Source: Bdellovibrionota bacterium (GTDB lineage Bacteria > Bdellovibrionota_C > UBA2361). Taken from it: DNA of 10,805 nt. The position numbers were made by a program, and so were the translations under genes. Of the stretch, positions 6,750 to 10,805 are shown in pieces (position 1 is the stretch's first letter; every line of letters starts with the position of its first letter). Under the pieces are notes generated by a model. That model was given only the letters and a program-made list of their open reading frames with translations, made no database searches and was not told where the DNA came from. The stretch spans positions 1 to 10,805 of the forward strand of contig JBILDU010000098.1 in the NCBI GenBank assembly GCA_044352465.1, in the 5' to 3' direction.

Positions 6750-6808
6750 CGGCTCAAAGCGGTCGATTGAGGGGCATCTTGATCCTCAATCGACCGTTTT
6801 TGAAGCCG
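6750..6808. repeat. Long inverted repeat (13-bp perfect core) followed by T5 on + strand
   Basis: CGGTCGATTGAGG (6760-6772) is the exact reverse complement of CCTCAATCGACCG (6784-6796). Pairing extends with GU and bulges to 6750/6808. TTTTT at 6797-6801. Confidence 0.85.
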
Positions 6809-6890
6809 CGAACCCGTACTCTTTCTCTACATGAATCGGCGCGTCGCCGATGAGAGGCCGGGTTTTCGACTGAGAGGAGGTTTTGTGTCG

Positions 6891-7307
6891 ATGGACGTTT
6901 CCTTTGAAGTGCTGGCGTATCGCCCGTGGAGGGTGCTCGTTCCGATGAGTCTCGGTTCGGCCCGTCCCCGGACGTTCCTCAATCCTGAGTGGGCAGCTAC
7001 TCGGGCGGGCAACCTCATCGAGGAGTACCTCGAGGAGCGCCTTGTGAACGGAGCTCCGTACCTCACGGGGTTCATCAAGTGCGAGCTCTACGTCTCGCCT
7101 GGCACGCGTGGTGTTCTCACGGTGGTGTTTTCGAATACCACGGTGCTGGACTCGAGCCTCGCGTTTCGGGAGCCGGGGGGTCTCATGGGGGAGCTCAACG
7201 CGATCGCGGTGAAGCTGATGAAGGGACTCCAGGAGCGGGAGGCGTTGGTCGAGTGTCATCACATGCTGACCCGACTGACGCTCAATCGTTCCGTGGCGAC
7301 GCGTTGA
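6891..7307 (+). CDS. Hypothetical protein (~138 aa)
   Basis: Perfect SD AGGAGG at 6875-6880 before in-frame GTG 6885 and ATG 6891. Globular-looking sequence, GC-rich third codon positions, followed by a terminator-like hairpin. No recognised family. Confidence 0.75.
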   Translation: MDVSFEVLAYRPWRVLVPMSLGSARPRTFLNPEWAATRAGNLIEEYLEERLVNGAPYLTGFIKCELYVSPGTRGVLTVVFSNTTVLDSSLAFREPGGLMGELNAIAVKLMKGLQEREALVECHHMLTRLTLNRSVATR

Positions 7308-7314
7308 TCTGAAT

Positions 7315-7385
7315 GGGGCAGCTGTCGGTCCGGGGTAGTCCACTGCTTGTGGCACCCCGGGCCGACCGTCCCTCGTTTCATTTTT
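7315..7385 (+). terminator. Probable intrinsic terminator between convergent genes
   Basis: GTCGGTCCGGGGT (7324-7336) pairs with ACCCCGGGCCGAC (7354-7366), 13 bp including one GU, with inner CCAC/GTGG and outer GGGGC/GTCCC pairing, followed by TTTCATTTTT. Confidence 0.55.
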
Positions 7386-7447
7386 CACCCTGAAAGGTTT
7401 CTTTTACAGAGAACGCGCCTCTTCCATGCCACCCGCCTGACGCGATA

Positions 7448-8083
7448 CTACATCTGTGGCGAGCCCGCGCGTCCCCGGCTGCGGCGGGTGTCTCGCCTGA
7501 CGGCGAGAATCACCGCAAAATCATAAAAAGCATGCAACAAGATCAGAAGCATAAGATCGTTCGTGTAGAGGTAGATCGATCCGAGAACTATACCGAAGAA
7601 ACAGTAAGCGAGGACCACCGGGATAAACCTTTGCCACAAGCTTAAAAAGTGGACCCACCCGAAGAGGATACCGGAAATCAACACCGCTCCTACGTCGCCA
7701 CACCATGGTCGTAATTCCGTGAGGAGCACTCCCCGGAACACGAGCTCTTCACCGAGACCGGCGAGGAGGCTGACGACGAGAGCCGCACCGGGAGTGAGGT
7801 CGGCGCACAGAGGACGGACAAACTGCTCAGCGAAGATCCGCCAAGAGGGGTGCCGTAAGCGAGGACCATCGGGACCGAGGAAAACATAGAGATTTAAGAG
7901 AACGAGCGGGCCGGTCAATGCCAACGCCTGGGCGATCGTTGTTCGTGAAAGGGACACGGGAATCGATAAATCGCGGAGGAGAATCCAGGCGAGTGCGCCA
8001 ACGATCAAAAGTCCTTCCCCTAAAACCGCGATACGTAACACCGCTCGACGGGGAACGAAACCTTCGGGCTGCGGGAGGGTCAT
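7448..8083 (-). CDS. CPBP family intramembrane glutamic endopeptidase (type II CAAX protease / Abi family), ~211 aa
   Basis: Motifs EELVFRG (EExxxR), FGWVH (FxxxH) and HAFYD (HxxxD), with multiple TM helices. Start moved to ATG 8083, which overlaps the upstream stop as ATGA. Confidence 0.92.
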   Translation of the reverse strand: MTLPQPEGFVPRRAVLRIAVLGEGLLIVGALAWILLRDLSIPVSLSRTTIAQALALTGPLVLLNLYVFLGPDGPRLRHPSWRIFAEQFVRPLCADLTPGAALVVSLLAGLGEELVFRGVLLTELRPWCGDVGAVLISGILFGWVHFLSLWQRFIPVVLAYCFFGIVLGSIYLYTNDLMLLILLHAFYDFAVILAVRRDTRRSRGRAGSPQM

Positions 8084-10509
8084 GCCGACTGGTCGATCAA
8101 ACGGAGGGACGGGCGAATATCTCCCTTGTGGCGCATGTCCCCGCCAACGAGCAGCCAATTCGAGATGGCCCGCTCAGCGTCGCGCAGTAACATCACTTCG
8201 GTGGCATTCTCCCGGAGGAGCGCAATCTCGCGGCGATGCCCGCCCGACTCGACGAGGTTGATAATCCCCCGTTGGTGAAGCGCCTCGAGCGCGCTCTCGA
8301 TGTTTGTTCGTGATGCCGCCTCGGTGCGCACCGCCACATTGAGATAGACCGCGTGCTCGAAGTCGTCATGCAGCTTTGCGAGAAACGGTCCGTAGGGGAT
8401 GATCTTTAACGGAATCGCCCCCACCCCTACCTTGGCTGGGCCGGGCGTCGCCGTCATGCCAGGGGTCGTCAGGAGATTATCGTAGATCCAGAGCATCGTC
8501 TGTATCGGCGCGAGCAGGACAGCGGGGTTGAATACACCGAGCGAGCGATCGGTAAACGATCGAGTTCCGTCGGACTGGGCCAATATGCCGTACGTACTCA
8601 GCACCTCGATGTGCTGGTCGAGGGTCTTTGCAAAATCCTCACGCGCCCCCAGGAGATAGTCGGTGGCGAAGATATCGAAGAGCTGGAGCGCGAAATTTGT
8701 GTCGATATGCCCACGAACGAGTTCACTGACGGCAAGGAGGCTCGCCGGCCAAAAAAGATGGGTTGTGCTGTTGCGATAGAAGTCCGCTGTGAAGCGCCGC
8801 TTGCCTTCGATGAAGAGTCCGATGTCGCCGAGAAAGTCGCCGCTTGATACTATCCCGCCGCGGGTGATGTTATCGATAATATGATCCCGACCCGCCAAAA
8901 AGTTTTGGAGGCTCGGGGTTGGTGCCCCAACTTCGGGGTCGATGGTGCGAGCCACCTCAATAAGGCGGGCGAGATTGCGTACCGCTGCGGCGAGAGCCGT
9001 GCGAGTTAGCCCGTATCGGGGCGCCATCATTAGTGCGGCGATAGCGAGGCTTGTCAGGCTCGGATTGGTTTGCGTTCGAATCCGATCGGTCAGGTTCGCG
9101 GCCAAAGTGGCGATCAGCTCACGTTCGTCGGTCGCTTTTTCAAGGCGCGCCCCGCGTTGGCGCTCGACCGCAGCCGCGAGGGAGATCGGCGCACCGAAAT
9201 TGAGGATCACCTCCCCATATCTTTTCCCGAGGAGGTCCCGCGCGGCGAGCAGCGATCCAAGGCTCTCCTTTTTCTTTCCCTGGCCGGTGTTCTCCTCGCC
9301 GAAGACCGCGTCTTCGATGACGTTCTCGTAGGTAATCGATACGGGTACAAAGGCGATCTCACGACGCTGACCTTTGAGGTAGGCGCTGACCATAATGCTG
9401 AGGAGTCCGAGGCGCGGAGCGCGCATCCGCCCGTTTCGACTTCGCCCACCCTCAATAAAGAATTCGTGGAGATGCCCCCGCTTGACGAGATAAGCCACGT
9501 AGCGACGGAGCAACATCGTGTGAATCCGGTCGCTCCGGGCGTTGCGCTTGACGAAATATCCCCCAAAGCTGCGGATAATATAGCCGATGGGCCAGAAGCT
9601 TAAGTTTACTCCCGCCGCCACTACCGGAGGATTGAGGTTCGATTCGTAGAGCTTACTGCCAACCAAGATGTAGTCGAGGTGACTCCGATGCATCGGCACG
9701 ATAATGACGGTGTGTTCCTTATTCGTCGCAACGAGTCGGTCGATGCCGGTGGCGAGAACCGAATTGAAGAGACGGCGAATGAGGAATCGAACGATCGGTG
9801 CGCCAATGACGTAGATCGAACTGGTGGGATTCGCCGCCATCGAATAGAAACTTCGCCGCGCTTTACGGCGTATGGCCTCAGTCGATTCTTTTTGTCGTGA
9901 GGCGACGATTTCAACCTCGCGCTCAAACTCAGCGCCGGCCAGAAGGAGTCGCTCCTGTGTCTCGATCGACTGGAACGGTGTCCCGCGAACGAGTTTCAGG
10001 TTGCGATAGAAGTCGACTTTGAGTCGCCGCGCTAACTGCTTACCACTCGGTATCGGACGTGCCTCAGTTGCGAGCGGCTCGCCGAAAATAATGACCAAAA
10101 TCCGGGCCGCGAGGACCAGTCCGAGGAGTCGTAGGCGATTTATCTTGTGCTGCGGATTCGTTCGAATCGGACCCCGCCGCTCAAAGATGTTGAAGGAGGT
10201 AAGTTTGTGCTGCTGCACCACCGGGGCGAGGCGATCAAGGAGTTCCGCGTCGTGGATACTGAGCCAATAGAGCGTATTTGGCTCCCGCGATTTCGGCTGC
10301 TCGATAGCGACACGGTCGCAATACCGCACTCCCTCAAGCCCGGAGCGTTGCGCAAACGAGGTGAGTAACGCCTCAAAGACGGGCGCAGCGCTCTGCGTTA
10401 CGATGGTGTAATCGCTCGGTGCGTGTGCGATGCGCTCAAAGCTCGGCGGCACCTTGACGCGTCGAAAGTACGTTGTGAGTAATTTGAACACCGTCGTACG
10501 CCAGGTCAT
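8080..10509 (-). CDS. plsB: Glycerol-3-phosphate O-acyltransferase, PlsB/GPAT-DHAPAT family
   Basis: Acyltransferase block I PMHRSHLDY (HxxxxD), AAGVNLSFWP, block II GGYFVKR, block III FFIEGGRSRNG, block IV FVPVSITYE. The 809-aa length is typical of PlsB. Confidence 0.9.
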   Translation of the reverse strand: MTWRTTVFKLLTTYFRRVKVPPSFERIAHAPSDYTIVTQSAAPVFEALLTSFAQRSGLEGVRYCDRVAIEQPKSREPNTLYWLSIHDAELLDRLAPVVQQHKLTSFNIFERRGPIRTNPQHKINRLRLLGLVLAARILVIIFGEPLATEARPIPSGKQLARRLKVDFYRNLKLVRGTPFQSIETQERLLLAGAEFEREVEIVASRQKESTEAIRRKARRSFYSMAANPTSSIYVIGAPIVRFLIRRLFNSVLATGIDRLVATNKEHTVIIVPMHRSHLDYILVGSKLYESNLNPPVVAAGVNLSFWPIGYIIRSFGGYFVKRNARSDRIHTMLLRRYVAYLVKRGHLHEFFIEGGRSRNGRMRAPRLGLLSIMVSAYLKGQRREIAFVPVSITYENVIEDAVFGEENTGQGKKKESLGSLLAARDLLGKRYGEVILNFGAPISLAAAVERQRGARLEKATDERELIATLAANLTDRIRTQTNPSLTSLAIAALMMAPRYGLTRTALAAAVRNLARLIEVARTIDPEVGAPTPSLQNFLAGRDHIIDNITRGGIVSSGDFLGDIGLFIEGKRRFTADFYRNSTTHLFWPASLLAVSELVRGHIDTNFALQLFDIFATDYLLGAREDFAKTLDQHIEVLSTYGILAQSDGTRSFTDRSLGVFNPAVLLAPIQTMLWIYDNLLTTPGMTATPGPAKVGVGAIPLKIIPYGPFLAKLHDDFEHAVYLNVAVRTEAASRTNIESALEALHQRGIINLVESGGHRREIALLRENATEVMLLRDAERAISNWLLVGGDMRHKGDIRPSLRLIDQSA

Positions 10510-10515
10510 GCAGGC

Positions 10516-10805
10516 TTATGGTCCTTGTTGCGACATTGGAGACACGCGCCTTTGAGGATACCTGAATGCGGGGGTCGTTTGAAGGGTAATCGCAAGTTGG
10601 CGGGACGCCAGCGCCAGAGCTTCCGCGAGCGCCGCCTCGAGCTGCGGCTTGAAACCGAACCGCTCGAACGAAGAACTTTCGCCGCTGGTCTCTATAGCGA
10701 GCTTCGAATCGGGCAGGGTGAGCTGAGCCGAGAGTCGAGCCACCGCTGAGACCCGGCGTATCACGATGAGGTCATACGCCGATGTGTGGAGCTCGGTGAA
10801 TCGGA
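10516..10805 (-). CDS. 3' end (partial) of hypothetical protein
   Basis: The frame is open from the window edge (RFTELHTSAYDLIVIRRVSAVARLSAQL...QQGP*) and the stop lies 6 bp before the plsB ATG, consistent with an operon. Confidence 0.65.
   Translation of the reverse strand, partial: RFTELHTSAYDLIVIRRVSAVARLSAQLTLPDSKLAIETSGESSSFERFGFKPQLEAALAEALALASRQLAITLQTTPAFRYPQRRVSPMSQQGP

Noticed and set aside
6496..6834. ORFs 6496..6738 (-) and 6610..6834 (+)
   Set aside because: No clear SD, non-ATG starts, no recognisable protein features, and they overlap the paired elements.
8084..8158. N-terminal extension of the CPBP ORF
   Set aside because: It would overlap plsB by 79 bp; the ATGA overlap at 8080-8083 is the more parsimonious start.
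148..10749. Remaining ORF-track entries antisense to or out of frame within called genes (e.g. 1418..1906, 4890..5414, 6786..7388, 9070..9603), plus 3107..3361 and 3752..4090
   Set aside because: Shadow ORFs expected in GC-rich DNA: Arg/Pro/Ser-rich, without motifs, and overlapping well-supported genes.
1..10805. CRISPR array, IS/transposase, integrase, phage genes, tRNA/rRNA/tmRNA/RNase P
   Set aside because: No regularly spaced direct repeats, recombinase motifs or conserved RNA gene signatures were seen on either strand by eye.

Overview
Gene-dense, moderately GC-rich bacterial chromosomal window, mostly housekeeping and envelope genes. I saw no mobile element, CRISPR array, tRNA or rRNA. 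Plus strand, left side: the 3' end of a YicC/YloC-family gene, guanylate kinase (gmk), a small lipoprotein with a GspC-type PDZ domain, and a membrane-anchored Hanks-type Ser/Thr kinase. Minus strand, centre: a ~558-aa lipoprotein, a 70-aa helical protein, a DUF5658-like membrane protein, and a 3-Cys Rrf2 (IscR-like) regulator whose candidate promoter overlaps a palindrome. A ~590-bp divergent intergenic region (6299-6890) is rich in base-paired elements and precedes an orphan 138-aa gene with a strong SD and a downstream terminator-like hairpin. Minus strand, right side: a tightly packed unit of a partial hypothetical gene, a PlsB-type glycerol-3-phosphate acyltransferase and a CPBP (CAAX/Abi) intramembrane protease. 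No complete novel system can be demonstrated from sequence alone. The best leads are the structured 6.3-6.8 kb region with its orphan gene, the stand-alone GspC-PDZ lipoprotein, a rod-like element after gmk, and the Rrf2 promoter/operator. All pairings were found by eye and no folding or database search was run.
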